This document shows, in pieces, positions 19,093 through 29,070 of a DNA stretch of 64,000 nucleotides. This stretch comes from Myxococcota bacterium. Its GTDB lineage: Bacteria > Myxococcota_A > UBA9160 > UBA4427. A program made the translations under genes and the position numbers. The number at the start of each line of letters is the position of its first letter. The stretch's first letter is position 1. The stretch lies in the NCBI GenBank assembly GCA_965250285.1, contig OZ252299.1, forward strand, positions 4,416,001 to 4,480,000, read 5' to 3'. The notes under the pieces were generated by a model. It saw only the letters and a list, made by a program, of their open reading frames with translations, did no database searches and had not been told where the DNA came from.

Positions 19093-20193
19093 ATGCGACC
19101 CGAGCTCGACCGGCCGCGCGACCGTGAACCGACACGGGGTGCGTCCCTTGGCGTTCATCTGCTCTCGGGGCTGCCCACCGAGTCGGTCTCACGTGGGTTC
19201 GAGCTGGCCGGCGAGGCAATGCCGGTCTTCTCTCTCGATTCGCTCGTCGACGTCGAGATCGGCGCCGCTGCCCGGATCGGCGTCGTCCTGCCGCCCTTCG
19301 TCGAGCCGTCCCTCGTCGTCGAGAGCTGGGAGGAATGTGACTTCCTCCCCCACCGATTCGGGTGCCCGGCCCACATCGAGGCCGTCTGGACCTTCGTCGA
19401 CATCGATCGCGTCGATCACCAGCTGGCTTCGTCGAGCGCGCTGTCGACGATCGGCTGGGGCCAGAGCGAAGAGGACGGACGATCCATCGCAGACATCCTG
19501 GTCGGCCAGATCGAATCGGCCACCCGCCTCGCCCTCGTCGGCGATACCCGGGTGACCGAATCGCTGACCCGTGCGCTCGGCGCGCTCAACCCGACCGCGA
19601 AGCGCTTCGAAGTCGGCCCATCGTCGGACGCAGCGATCAGACACATCGCCGCGGCCCTCTGCTCGGCCCCCGCCCGCGCGGCGAGGCCGCTGCGATCGGC
19701 GCGTGTCGTCCCGCCCTGGCTCGAGGCGCTGAATGCAGAACGCGACCCCGCGGCCACGACGAGCCTCTTCGTCTATCGCCGCCCTCGCCCCTTCGACGCC
19801 GAGCGGTTCGGCGCCTGGATGCAGAGCGCGCCGGACGAACTGCTTCGCGGCAAGGGCCGCGTCTGGATCGAGAGCGACGCGATGCGCAGCTATGGCTACT
19901 CGTGCGCCGGATCGGTTCACCGCCTGTTCCCGGGTCCGCGCTGGTGGGCGAGTCTCCCGAACGGGACGTGGCCGACCTGCGACGCAGCGCGCCGCCGTCT
20001 GCTCGCGCGGTGGGATCCTCGTATCGGCGACCGCCGGCAGGATCTCGTGTTCATCGGCGTCGACCTCGACGTCGACGGCCTCTGCGCTGAACTCGATGCG
20101 TGCCTCACCGCCGACAGCGCCGCCGACCGTCTACGAACCGAAACCGGTCACGACGACGCGTCGTCCACCGATCGAGCAACGAGGCTCCACTGA
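19093..20193 (+). CDS. Degenerate COG0523/CobW-like protein (CobW C-terminal domain, G motifs lost)
   Basis: ILVGQIESAT, FVYRRPRPFDAERF, LLRGKGRVW, GDRRQDLVFIG..LDACL; no GxxGxGKT or CxCC. Confidence 0.75.
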   Translation: MRPELDRPRDREPTRGASLGVHLLSGLPTESVSRGFELAGEAMPVFSLDSLVDVEIGAAARIGVVLPPFVEPSLVVESWEECDFLPHRFGCPAHIEAVWTFVDIDRVDHQLASSSALSTIGWGQSEEDGRSIADILVGQIESATRLALVGDTRVTESLTRALGALNPTAKRFEVGPSSDAAIRHIAAALCSAPARAARPLRSARVVPPWLEALNAERDPAATTSLFVYRRPRPFDAERFGAWMQSAPDELLRGKGRVWIESDAMRSYGYSCAGSVHRLFPGPRWWASLPNGTWPTCDAARRRLLARWDPRIGDRRQDLVFIGVDLDVDGLCAELDACLTADSAADRLRTETGHDDASSTDRATRLH

Positions 20194-21512
20194 TGCTCGA
20201 CTGGCTCATCGTCGGAGGCGGACCACACGGCGTCCATGCCGCCATTCGCCTGATCGCAGAGGCCAAGGTCGACGCGAGCTCGATTCGGATCCTCGACGAC
20301 GAGCCCGAGCTGCTCGCGCGATGGCGACGGACGACGCGCAACACCGGCATGCGCTATCTGCGCTCGCCCGGCGTCCACCACCTCGACGTAGCGCCGAGCT
20401 CGCTGATGCAGTTCGCGCGCCGTCGCGGACGCCGGATCGAGCGCCCGTTCACCCGCCCGTACGACCGCCCTTCGCTCGAGCTGTTCGATCGTCACTGCGA
20501 CGACGTCCTGTCGCAGTACAAGCTCGCCGAGCTGCACGTTCAGGGCCGCGCGACGGGCATGGAGCTGACCGAGACCGGCACCCGTGTGACGATCGATGGC
20601 GCCGAGTCGAAGATCGAAGCGAAGCACATCGTGCTGGCGCTCGGCGCCCCGCGAGAACCGATGTGGCCCGACTGGGCACTCGAGGCACGCAGTCGCGAGG
20701 ACGACGACCGAGTTCGACACGTGTTCGACCCGGGATTCGACCTCTCGGTCGAGCCGGGCGACACGCGCGTCGCGGTCGTCGGCGCCGGCATCACCGGCGC
20801 GCAGACGTCATTGCGCTTCGCGGCGGCCGGGCATCGCGTCACGCTGATCTCGCGCCACGACCTGCGCATCAGCCAATTCGACAGCGACCCGGGATGGCAG
20901 GGCCCGAAGTTCATGACCGGGTACGCTCGCGTGACCGATCTCGAAGAGCGCCGCGCGATCATCGGTTCGGCACGTCAGCGCGGCTCGGTCCCGCCCGAAG
21001 TGAAATCGGCCGTGAAGATGGCGTGCAAGGCGGGCCAGATCGACCTGGTCGTCGCCGACGTGCAGGGGCTCGAAGCCCGAGACCATGGGCTGCAGCTCGA
21101 TCTGGGCGAGCGATCGTGCGATGTCGATCGCGTCTTGCTGGCAACGGGCTTTCCGGGCCATCGGCCGGGGGGCGAGTGGCTCGATGCGTGCATCGAAGCG
21201 TTCGAGCTGCCCTGTAGTCCATGCGGCTACCCGGTCGTCGATCGCTGGCTGCGCTGGCACCCGAACGTATTCGTGACCGGGCCCCTCGCCGAGCTCGAGC
21301 TCGGCCCCGTGGCCCGCAACATCTCGGGCGCGCGACGGGCCGCCGATCGCATCGTGGACTTCGCCGCTTCGATGCTCGGCACGAACCCGGATTACGTCGG
21401 TGCGGACGTCCCGCTGAACGCCGTCTACGCCATGCCGTCGATCCCGAACGCGTCGGAGGACGGCGAGGCGACGCCGCGCCTCGAGCGCGCCGAGGCCACG
21501 CGCGGCCGGTGA
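20193..21512 (+). CDS. FAD/NAD(P)-binding oxidoreductase
   Basis: WLIVGGGPHG, MRYLRSP, VVGAGITG, LATGF, GPLAELELGP.ARNISGAR; TGATG coupling to upstream gene. Confidence 0.85.
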   Translation: MLDWLIVGGGPHGVHAAIRLIAEAKVDASSIRILDDEPELLARWRRTTRNTGMRYLRSPGVHHLDVAPSSLMQFARRRGRRIERPFTRPYDRPSLELFDRHCDDVLSQYKLAELHVQGRATGMELTETGTRVTIDGAESKIEAKHIVLALGAPREPMWPDWALEARSREDDDRVRHVFDPGFDLSVEPGDTRVAVVGAGITGAQTSLRFAAAGHRVTLISRHDLRISQFDSDPGWQGPKFMTGYARVTDLEERRAIIGSARQRGSVPPEVKSAVKMACKAGQIDLVVADVQGLEARDHGLQLDLGERSCDVDRVLLATGFPGHRPGGEWLDACIEAFELPCSPCGYPVVDRWLRWHPNVFVTGPLAELELGPVARNISGARRAADRIVDFAASMLGTNPDYVGADVPLNAVYAMPSIPNASEDGEATPRLERAEATRGR

Positions 21513-21567
21513 CGACCCCCGATGCGGGGCGTGCGCATCGGCGCGCGGCCGCCGTGGAGCGTGAGGC

Positions 21568-22260
21568 ATGAGCGACATTCGCGAGCTGTTCGCAGACAAC
21601 GAATTCGTGCGGGGCTACCTCGATCATGGTCCGCCCGCCTTCACGCCCGGCCATGCCGGTGTGCTTCAGATGGCCGCCGTGCTGCTTCGCGAGCATGCCC
21701 CCGCAGATGCCCACGTGCTCGTGGCCGGGGCCGGAGGCGGCCTCGAGACGCGGACCATCGCCGAACTCGAGCCGCACTTTCGCTTCACGGGCTTCGACCC
21801 CGCGCCCCAGATGCTCGCCCTCGCGCGCGAGGTGCTCGGCGAATCGCTGCTCGAGCGTGTGGAGCTGGTCGAGGGCACCGTCGACGCCGCCCCGGCCGGC
21901 CCCTTCGACGCAGGAACGTGCGTCCTCGTGATCGGTCTGCTGCCCGATGACGGTGCCAAGCTGAACCTGCTACGCGCGATGCATCGACGGCTCAAGCCCG
22001 GCGCGCCGTTCATTCTCGTCGATCAGTGCCTCGACCGGGCGAGTCCGGGCTTCGCCCAGCGCCTCGATCGGTACGCCGCCTACGCGCTGGCCTCGGGCGT
22101 CGGTCCGGACGTCGTCGAGAAGGCGCGCGAGGCGATGACGCAGAACCCGGGTCTCGTCGCGCCCGAACGCGACGAAGCGCTGCTCGACGAGGCCGGCTTC
22201 CAAGGGCGCGAGGTGTTCTACGTCGGGATGTCGTGGCGGGGCTGGCTCGCGCTCGCTTGA
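21568..22260 (+). CDS. Class I SAM-dependent methyltransferase
   Basis: VLVAGAGGGLE motif I, FDPAPQML, LKPGAPFILVD. Confidence 0.85.
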   Translation: MSDIRELFADNEFVRGYLDHGPPAFTPGHAGVLQMAAVLLREHAPADAHVLVAGAGGGLETRTIAELEPHFRFTGFDPAPQMLALAREVLGESLLERVELVEGTVDAAPAGPFDAGTCVLVIGLLPDDGAKLNLLRAMHRRLKPGAPFILVDQCLDRASPGFAQRLDRYAAYALASGVGPDVVEKAREAMTQNPGLVAPERDEALLDEAGFQGREVFYVGMSWRGWLALA

Positions 22261-22559
22261 CGAGCGCACGCTCCGGGGCCACAGAGCGACCTGCGCGAAA
22301 CCGAACGCGCCTTCATGATTGGCTCTGGCCGACTCCCGCACCCGCCTGCGTGGCCGATCGCGCCTGATTGCGGCGACGGAGGCGCCCGACGCGCGATGGC
22401 CGCCTCGGGATCGAACGGACACCGGTGAATCCGACCCACCCGGCCCGCGCGGGCCTCGGTATGCTTGGTCTCCGTCACGCTCAGACGGGTGCGCGGGGTC
22501 AAGTCACGCGGGTGATGGCCGAATCAGGTGTACCCCCCGACCCGTCGAACCCGAGGCCC

Positions 22560-23465
22560 ATGCGCATGCGGCTCCGCTCGCTGCTCTGTGTCGTCACGCT
22601 GCTGGGGCTCGCCGCCTCGCCGAGCGCCGCGGACGAGTCCACCGCGCCTGAAGAGAAGACCGATGCAGCCGCGCCCGCTGGGCGCCCCGCGCGCATCGAA
22701 GCGCCCGAGCTCACCCCCAAGCTGGCCGCTCGCCTCGCGCAGAACCCGCTCTCGAACATTCTCGCGATGCCGATCGTCGACGACATCTCGTTTCGCTCGG
22801 GGGAGGACAACGATCAGGTCGCCAACACCCTCGAGCTGCGACCGATCCTGGCCTTCCCGGTGCGGCGCTGGCGCATCGTGACGCGCTGGGCGATCCCGAT
22901 CTCACGCATCCCCGACGTCTCCGACCCCGACCGCTCGGCCCACGGCCTCGGTGACATCGACATGACGACCTGGGTCGTCCCCCCGCAGTCGGGCGACTGG
23001 ACCTTCGGGCTCGGCTTGGCCAAGGGATTCGCCACTGCGACCGATCCGCTGCTCTCACGCGGCGGCTGGAGCCTCGGCCCCGCGGCCATCGCCGTCTTCG
23101 AGCGAGGTCGCTGGACGGCGAGCATGCAGCTCGGATACGAGTACTCGTGGACCGACGATTCGCAGTTCTACTTTCAGCAGCTGCTCGCGGCCTATGAGCT
23201 CGGGGGCGGCTGGGCGCTGATTACCGACCCGCTCATCGTCGGCGCGATCGACAACCCGTCGGGCAGCTGGTGGAGCGTGCCCATCGGGGGCGGCATCCAG
23301 AAGGCGTGGACCGTCGGTCGCGTCGGTCTCGTCGGCTCGGTGCAGGCCTACTACAACGCCGTCCGGCCCGACTTCCAGGGCGCCGCCACGCTGCAGCTCG
23401 AGCTGACCATCTTGATGCAGGGCATCCAGCCGCGCGACTGGATCCCAAACGTCAAGCTGCCGTAG
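22560..23465 (+). CDS. Putative outer-membrane beta-barrel protein
   Basis: Signal peptide, LAQNPLSNI motif, GLGDI, WSLGPAA, VPIGGG amphipathic strands; start uncertain. Confidence 0.6.
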   Translation: MRMRLRSLLCVVTLLGLAASPSAADESTAPEEKTDAAAPAGRPARIEAPELTPKLAARLAQNPLSNILAMPIVDDISFRSGEDNDQVANTLELRPILAFPVRRWRIVTRWAIPISRIPDVSDPDRSAHGLGDIDMTTWVVPPQSGDWTFGLGLAKGFATATDPLLSRGGWSLGPAAIAVFERGRWTASMQLGYEYSWTDDSQFYFQQLLAAYELGGGWALITDPLIVGAIDNPSGSWWSVPIGGGIQKAWTVGRVGLVGSVQAYYNAVRPDFQGAATLQLELTILMQGIQPRDWIPNVKLP

Positions 23466-23529
23466 TCGCGTCGTGCGACCGGGGCCAGGCGAGACGCGAC
23501 CGGCCGAGCCGTCGCTGCCTCTGCTGCAC

Positions 23530-25245
23530 CTACGTCGCGTCGGCGATGTCGAGGTCTTCTCGCAGCTGACGCTTCAGGAACTTGCCACTCGCGTTGCGAG
23601 GCAGCGATTCGCGCAGCAGCCAGATGTACCGCGGGATCTTGTACTTCGCGAGGGTGCCGGCGCAGTGCGCGCGCAGCGCTTCGCCCGTGACCTCGGCCCC
23701 GTCGGCCACGACGACCGCGGCGGCGACCTCTTCGCCCAGGCGGTCGTCGTCGACGCCGAACACGGCGCACTCGGCGACCGCGTCGTGCTCGAAGAGCGCC
23801 GACTCGACCTCGGCGCAGTACACGTTCTCGCCGCCGCGCAGCACCATGTCCTTGGCGCGGTCGACGATGAAGACGAAGCCGTCTTCGTCGATGCGCGCGA
23901 CGTCCCCCGTGCGCAGCCAGCCGTCGGCGTCGATGGCCTCGGCCGTCGCCTCGGGTCGATTCAGGTAGCCGCGAATGACCTGGGCGCCCTTCACGCAGAG
24001 TTCCCCGATCTCGCCTTGCGCCACGGCCTTGCCGTCCTCATCGATGCATTTCGCCTCGAACGTCGGCATCACCGGTCCGGCGCTCGCGGGCTTGTCGACG
24101 AAGAAGTCGGCGCTGTTCGCCGTGATGATCCCACACGTCTCGGTCATGCCGTAGCCGGTGTTCGGCCGCGCCGTCTTCACCTTCTCGTCGATGCTCCCGA
24201 CGAGGTCGGGCTGAAGCGGTGCGCCCCCGCCGCCGAGGCTCTTGAGCGTCGACGTATCGGTCTTCGCAAAGTCGGGGTGCGCGATCAGCTCCCGGCTCAT
24301 CACCGGCACACCCGACAGATTGGTGATCTTCTCGTTCTCGATGATCTGCAGGGCCTCACCCGCGTCCCACTTGTACATGTGGACGAGCTTGCCCCCCGAC
24401 ATCGTGCACGCGTGAGCGACACAGTTGTTGGCGGTGACGTGGAACAGAGGCGTGCAGAGCAGAAACGAGAGCGAGCTCGGCGCCGGCCCCGCATCCTTCG
24501 CGGGCGGCGCAGCCCCGGCCGCACGGGCCTTCGCGCTGGCCGCGGCCTGGCAGAGATTGATGAACGCGAGGCTGAAGACGTTGTTGACGCAGCCGCGATG
24601 CGTGAGCTGCGCCCCCTTCGGCTTGCCCGTCGTGCCCGAGGTGTAGAAGATGCAGGCGTCTTCGTCCGTATCGATCTGCACGTCGGGGAGCGTGCCGCCC
24701 GACCCCTTGACGTCCTCCCAACGCACGACGTTCGCCGCGTCGCCCTTCAGGCGAACACCGACCACGGTGCACTCGGGCACCGCGTCACGATGGGGCCCGA
24801 ACGTATCGAGACGTTCCTGATCGCAGATCAGCACCTTGGGCGCGGCATCCTTCATGCCGTACTCCATCTCGGAGCCGGTCCACCATGCGTTCATGCCCAC
24901 CGACGCTGCGCCGATCGAGACCGTCGCCCAGTAGGCGAGCATCCACTCGGGGTAGTTGCGCATCGCGATGGCCACGCGGTCGCCGGGCGCGACGCCCTGC
25001 TCGACGAGCCACGCCGCGACCGCGCCGACCTCGGCGTGCGCGTCGGCATAGGTCCAGCGCTCGTCCGCGTAGACCAGGTAGTCCTTGTCGGCGTGGGCCG
25101 CGCTCGCCAGCCAGATGTCGCGCAGCGAGTTCGGGACGGAGGCGAACGCATTCATCTCGACGCCGCGGACGTTCACCCGCGCCACCTCGAAGGGCGCCCC
25201 GGGGCCCGTCATCTCTTCCCACGTCTCCTTCAGCTGCGCATACAT
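23530..25245 (-). CDS. Long-chain acyl-CoA synthetase (AMP-binding)
   Basis: YTSGTTGKPKG, GYGMTET, GWLRTGD, RAKDMVLRGGENVY, SGK. Confidence 0.95.
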   Translation of the reverse strand: MYAQLKETWEEMTGPGAPFEVARVNVRGVEMNAFASVPNSLRDIWLASAAHADKDYLVYADERWTYADAHAEVGAVAAWLVEQGVAPGDRVAIAMRNYPEWMLAYWATVSIGAASVGMNAWWTGSEMEYGMKDAAPKVLICDQERLDTFGPHRDAVPECTVVGVRLKGDAANVVRWEDVKGSGGTLPDVQIDTDEDACIFYTSGTTGKPKGAQLTHRGCVNNVFSLAFINLCQAAASAKARAAGAAPPAKDAGPAPSSLSFLLCTPLFHVTANNCVAHACTMSGGKLVHMYKWDAGEALQIIENEKITNLSGVPVMSRELIAHPDFAKTDTSTLKSLGGGGAPLQPDLVGSIDEKVKTARPNTGYGMTETCGIITANSADFFVDKPASAGPVMPTFEAKCIDEDGKAVAQGEIGELCVKGAQVIRGYLNRPEATAEAIDADGWLRTGDVARIDEDGFVFIVDRAKDMVLRGGENVYCAEVESALFEHDAVAECAVFGVDDDRLGEEVAAAVVVADGAEVTGEALRAHCAGTLAKYKIPRYIWLLRESLPRNASGKFLKRQLREDLDIADAT

Positions 25246-25470
25246 CGTCTCTGTCTCCCTGAGTCGCCACACGAGAAATCGAAGCCCTGGATCATTCCAC
25301 GGCCTCGGGTTCGTGCCTAGAGCGATCTCGTGTGTGACGTCAGGAAGCGGGCCGGCGCCGCGATCGGTGAGCGGCGCCCACCCGGATCTGGACAAGGGGT
25401 GGACCTCGGGTCCCCGAGGGTCCGCGTTTCGCCGGCCGGCGTTCGGGTCGATCCGCGCGGGCGGCCGCGC

Positions 25471-26100
25471 TCAGTCCCCCGACACCCGCCAGGCCATGAC
25501 GGCGTTGCAGCCGCTGCCCGACGAGAGCACGAGGTTGTCGCGAAACAGCTCGCCGGTGGTGCCGGCGCAGGCGCTCTCGAACTGCCGGACCCAGCAGGCC
25601 TGGTCGGGATCCCAGTCGATGCGGATGTCCTCGGACGCGAGCGGACCACTCCCGCCGCCGTCGTCCTCGAAGAGATCGACCTGGACCAGCACGCTCTGCT
25701 CGCCGGTCGCCGGGACCTCGCCCTCGACCCAGACGTCGAAGATCTCGATGAGCGCGCCGTCGCTGAGCGTGTACCGCACGTCGAGGACCTCATCGAGCAC
25801 CGTGATCGTCTGGCTCGCGCCCTCGACGATGCGGTAGAGGATCAGCGAGATGTCGAAGTCGCCGGGGTTGGCGCCCGAGTCGCAGTCTGCGATGACGTTG
25901 ATGGCCGTCACCTCGGCGCTGATCGGACGGCCCTGCCCTGCTTCGTCGCCGCAGCCCACGGCGGCGACCGTGACGGCCGCGGCTGCAAGGAGCAGCGGCG
26001 CGAGGCGCGAGCGTCCGCGTCGCGGCGGGCGGGCACCGGGTCGGTGGGTTCGATGCGATGCGGTGCACGGGTCGTCGAGCAGCGGGTGTGTGTTTTCCAT
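25471..26100 (-). CDS. Lipoprotein of unknown function (MENTHP paralog B)
   Basis: Lipobox AVGC; DCD..GDF, EIFDVWVEG, WDPDQACWV shared with adjacent paralog. Confidence 0.7.
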   Translation of the reverse strand: MENTHPLLDDPCTASHRTHRPGARPPRRGRSRLAPLLLAAAAVTVAAVGCGDEAGQGRPISAEVTAINVIADCDSGANPGDFDISLILYRIVEGASQTITVLDEVLDVRYTLSDGALIEIFDVWVEGEVPATGEQSVLVQVDLFEDDGGGSGPLASEDIRIDWDPDQACWVRQFESACAGTTGELFRDNLVLSSGSGCNAVMAWRVSGD

Positions 26101-26326
26101 GCCGCCAGAATCGACGGAATCGAGGCGCCTCGAAATCGGCCGATCGGCCCGTGCCGATCGGCACGGGTCGCGTTCATCCCGCCTCGGTGTGCGCGCGGTG
26201 CGGCGCAGCATCGGGGAGCGCGAACGGCGCCATCGCGCGTCGCGCCCTACGCGTGCGCCCGAAACGCGACGGGGGCGGCCCGATCCGGACCGCCCCCGCG
26301 AACACGCCGATCGACGTCGAAGCGTG

Positions 26327-26953
26327 TCAGCCGTCTCCGCGCACGTTGTCCGAGAGCTGCCACGAGAGACGTCCATCGCAGGTCGGGTCGCCCTCACCGA
26401 TGCGAAGCGTTCCCATGTCGAACAGAAACCCGGTCGTCGTGCACACAAGCGTCCCAGGCACTACCCAGCACTGCTCTTCGGGGTTCCAGGTCGCCTCGGC
26501 CGTGGTCGTGTTGTAGCCACTGTTCGTCGACCCATCGCTCTCGTAGAACTCGATGTCGGCAATGATGGAGATGAACTCGTCGGCGGGGAAGAAGCCCTCG
26601 ATCCAGATGTCGTCGAAGATCTCGGTGGTGTTCTGCTTCATCGGCACACGAACGTCGTCGATCGCGCCGACCAGCCGCTCCGAGCGGTCGGGCATCACCT
26701 CGCTGAGCGCGATGCTGACGTAGAACTCGCCGTCGCCACCGCTCGCAGACGGGTCGCAGTCCTGGAAGACCGTGAGCGAGGTCGCCTCGAGGCGCGCGCC
26801 GATCTGCGGGCCCTCGTCGTCGTCGGAGGCCTGCACGCAGCCCACCGAGACGGCGATCAGGAAGGCTGCGCCGAGCAGGCTTGCGACGCGCAGCGCGCGG
26901 GAGAGAGTGAAGGGAGAGGGGCCGGTGACGCGGATCGGGTGTGTGTTTTCCAT
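26327..26953 (-). CDS. Lipoprotein of unknown function (MENTHP paralog A)
   Basis: Lipobox SVGC; DCD..GEF, EIFDDIWIEG, WNPEEQCWV. Confidence 0.7.
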   Translation of the reverse strand: MENTHPIRVTGPSPFTLSRALRVASLLGAAFLIAVSVGCVQASDDDEGPQIGARLEATSLTVFQDCDPSASGGDGEFYVSIALSEVMPDRSERLVGAIDDVRVPMKQNTTEIFDDIWIEGFFPADEFISIIADIEFYESDGSTNSGYNTTTAEATWNPEEQCWVVPGTLVCTTTGFLFDMGTLRIGEGDPTCDGRLSWQLSDNVRGDG

Positions 26954-27061
26954 GCCGACGATCTTCGTCGCATCTGCGCGATCGCGGCATGGGCCGGTCG
27001 GCGGGGGCCGATCGGCAGGGGTCGGGCCCCCTCGGGAGCCTCCGGCATCGACCGGCGGGCG

Positions 27062-27616
27062 TCAGGCGGTGCGGCCCCCTTTGCCGGCGTGGTCGCCCCG
27101 GATGCGAGGCCAGATCAGCAGGCCGGCACCCACGAAGACGACCGGCAAGAGGAGCACCCAGAAGAACTCCTCGACGAGCGCCGCGGCCGCCGAGGTCGCG
27201 ACCAGCAGCACACCGAGCACGGCGAGGCGCCAGTCGAAGTGCACGCCGGCGAGCAGCGTCGTCAGCCCGAGGATCAACAGCGTCACGAGCCCGGCGTCTT
27301 CACGGTTGAGCCGCCCCGTGCTCTGCAGCAGGTAGATCACGTACACCGCGACGAGCAGAGAGCCCCAATGGATGACCTGCCGACCGATGAGCACCGTCGA
27401 CGGACCGCTCTGCTGGCCCGTGCGCCGCAGGCCCACGGCGATACAGACCACCGCGAACGCGGGCACCATCCAGAGCCAGTAGGTCAGGCCGTAGTGGGCC
27501 GAAAAGTCGGAGATCGCCATACCGACCACCGACAAGAGCAGCAGGCCAGCAAGCGGCCACTCGTCTGCGCCGAGCCAGGGCCGACGCGCGGCGGGCTGGG
27601 GGGGTTCGTCTTCCAC
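27062..27616 (-). CDS. Integral membrane protein, unknown function
   Basis: About six hydrophobic segments; QVIHWG, LAGVHFDWR. Confidence 0.7.
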   Translation of the reverse strand: MEDEPPQPAARRPWLGADEWPLAGLLLLSVVGMAISDFSAHYGLTYWLWMVPAFAVVCIAVGLRRTGQQSGPSTVLIGRQVIHWGSLLVAVYVIYLLQSTGRLNREDAGLVTLLILGLTTLLAGVHFDWRLAVLGVLLVATSAAAALVEEFFWVLLLPVVFVGAGLLIWPRIRGDHAGKGGRTA

Positions 27617-27782
27617 GCTGCGCCTCCATCGGTCGAATGAGGATCGCCGGCGCGAACGAATCCCTCCGCGCGACGCCGCCTATCCTATCGAGACTTGGGC
27701 AACGCAGCGAATACGTCGGGGCGCGACGCCGCGAGGCCGAACGAGCGCCCCATATGGGTGCCCTCGCGCCGCGTCGCGCGCC

Positions 27783-28289
27783 GTGGGCGATCGCGCCAGC
27801 CTGCTGACGCTCAGCGTGCCCGAGATGACCGTGCTCGTCTGTGGCCTGCGCGTGCTGAAAGCGAACACCGTTGGATCTCGGCGGCCTGCGCGTGCTGAAC
27901 GCGAACACCGTTGGATCTCGGCGGCCTGCGCGTGTTGAACGCGAACACCGTTGGATCTCGGCGGCCTGCGCGTGCTGAACGCGAACACCGTTGGATCGCC
28001 GCATGGGGTGTTCACCGACCGACCCGGTACGCTCGACAACGCGTTCTTCGTGAACCTGCTCGAGATGTCGACGCGCTGGTCGAGATCGACGGAGACCAAA
28101 GGCGTCCACGAGGGTCGAAACCGTACATCGAACGAGTTGACGTGGACGGCGACGCCGGTCGACCTGATCTTCGGCTCACACTCCGAACTGCGCGCGATCG
28201 CCGAAGTCTACGCAGCAGGCGATGGCGACCAGAAGTGCGTCGTCGCCTGGACACAAGCGATGAACCTCGATCGCTCCGACGTGAAGTGA
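27783..28289 (+). pseudogene. katG: 3' relic of catalase-peroxidase
   Basis: [68 protein letters not shown] matches the KatG C-terminus; N-terminal part absent; interrupted by repeat and TGA. Confidence 0.9.
27841..27997 (+). repeat. 40-bp tandem repeat, about 4 copies
   Basis: GCGGCCTGCGCGTGCTGAACGCGAACACCGTTGGATCTCG units start at 27841, 27881, 27921, 27961; no spacers. Confidence 0.95.
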
Positions 28290-28559
28290 CAGCGAGCACG
28301 TCATCTCGCCCCTCTCCGGGCCGCGGGCACCCCAACGGGGGTCGAGGCGGCCCGAAGCTCCGCCGGGGCGGCTGAGTTCGGCGCCCCTTCGATCCGATGC
28401 CCGCGCCCCACGCAGTCACCTGCGCCGACGAGATCCAGCGCCGCTCGAAAAAAGTGCTCTCCGCGCGCATCCGATCGCGCACCCCGTTCGAAGAGAAGTC
28501 TTGGGGATCGCAGTCGCGCGATGCCCCGACGACCAACCGAAGCACAGAGAGGGCGACGA

Positions 28560-28793
28560 ATGTTCGAGGTGAATGATCGCGTGCAGTTCTCGGAGGAGCT
28601 GCAGATCGACGGGTTCGATCGTGTTGCGAAGGGCGAGATGGGCTGGGTCGAAGCCGTCGGCGCGGACGGCGGTGTGTGGATCCAGCTCGACCAGGTCCAC
28701 CCGGCGCTCGCGTCGTGGCAAAACTGCGTCTACCTGCCCGCGCATTTCGAGCCTCGAGCGTTCATCGCGCGGATCGCATCACGCGCGGCGTGA
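28560..28793 (+). CDS. Small hypothetical protein, SH3-like pattern
   Basis: GAGAGGG RBS; FEVNDRVQ...GEMGWVEAV....VWIQLD pattern. Confidence 0.6.
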   Translation: MFEVNDRVQFSEELQIDGFDRVAKGEMGWVEAVGADGGVWIQLDQVHPALASWQNCVYLPAHFEPRAFIARIASRAA

Positions 28794-29070
28794 GCATCGC
28801 CGAAGCCGAGCCGCAGCCCGGCTCCGCTCAGACACGGCCGTAGCGCGCGTGCGGGCTCGCGGCGTCGCCGCCCCCCGCTTCTGCGAGAGTCGATGCGTCG
28901 ACGGTGACCCATCGCGTCTGCAACTGGCTGACTGGGTCATTGACTCGCGCGCACCGACTCACCCAGAATGATGCTGACGTTGGCCCAACACCCATATGCA
29001 CCGACCGCGGCCAATCGAGAAGCAAGAAGCAAGACGCAGGGAGCACATCAGGAAGAAGGGGATTCACCGC

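Noticed and set aside
27841..27997. Possible CRISPR array
   Set aside because: Units are contiguous with no spacers, derive from katG coding sequence, and no cas genes are present
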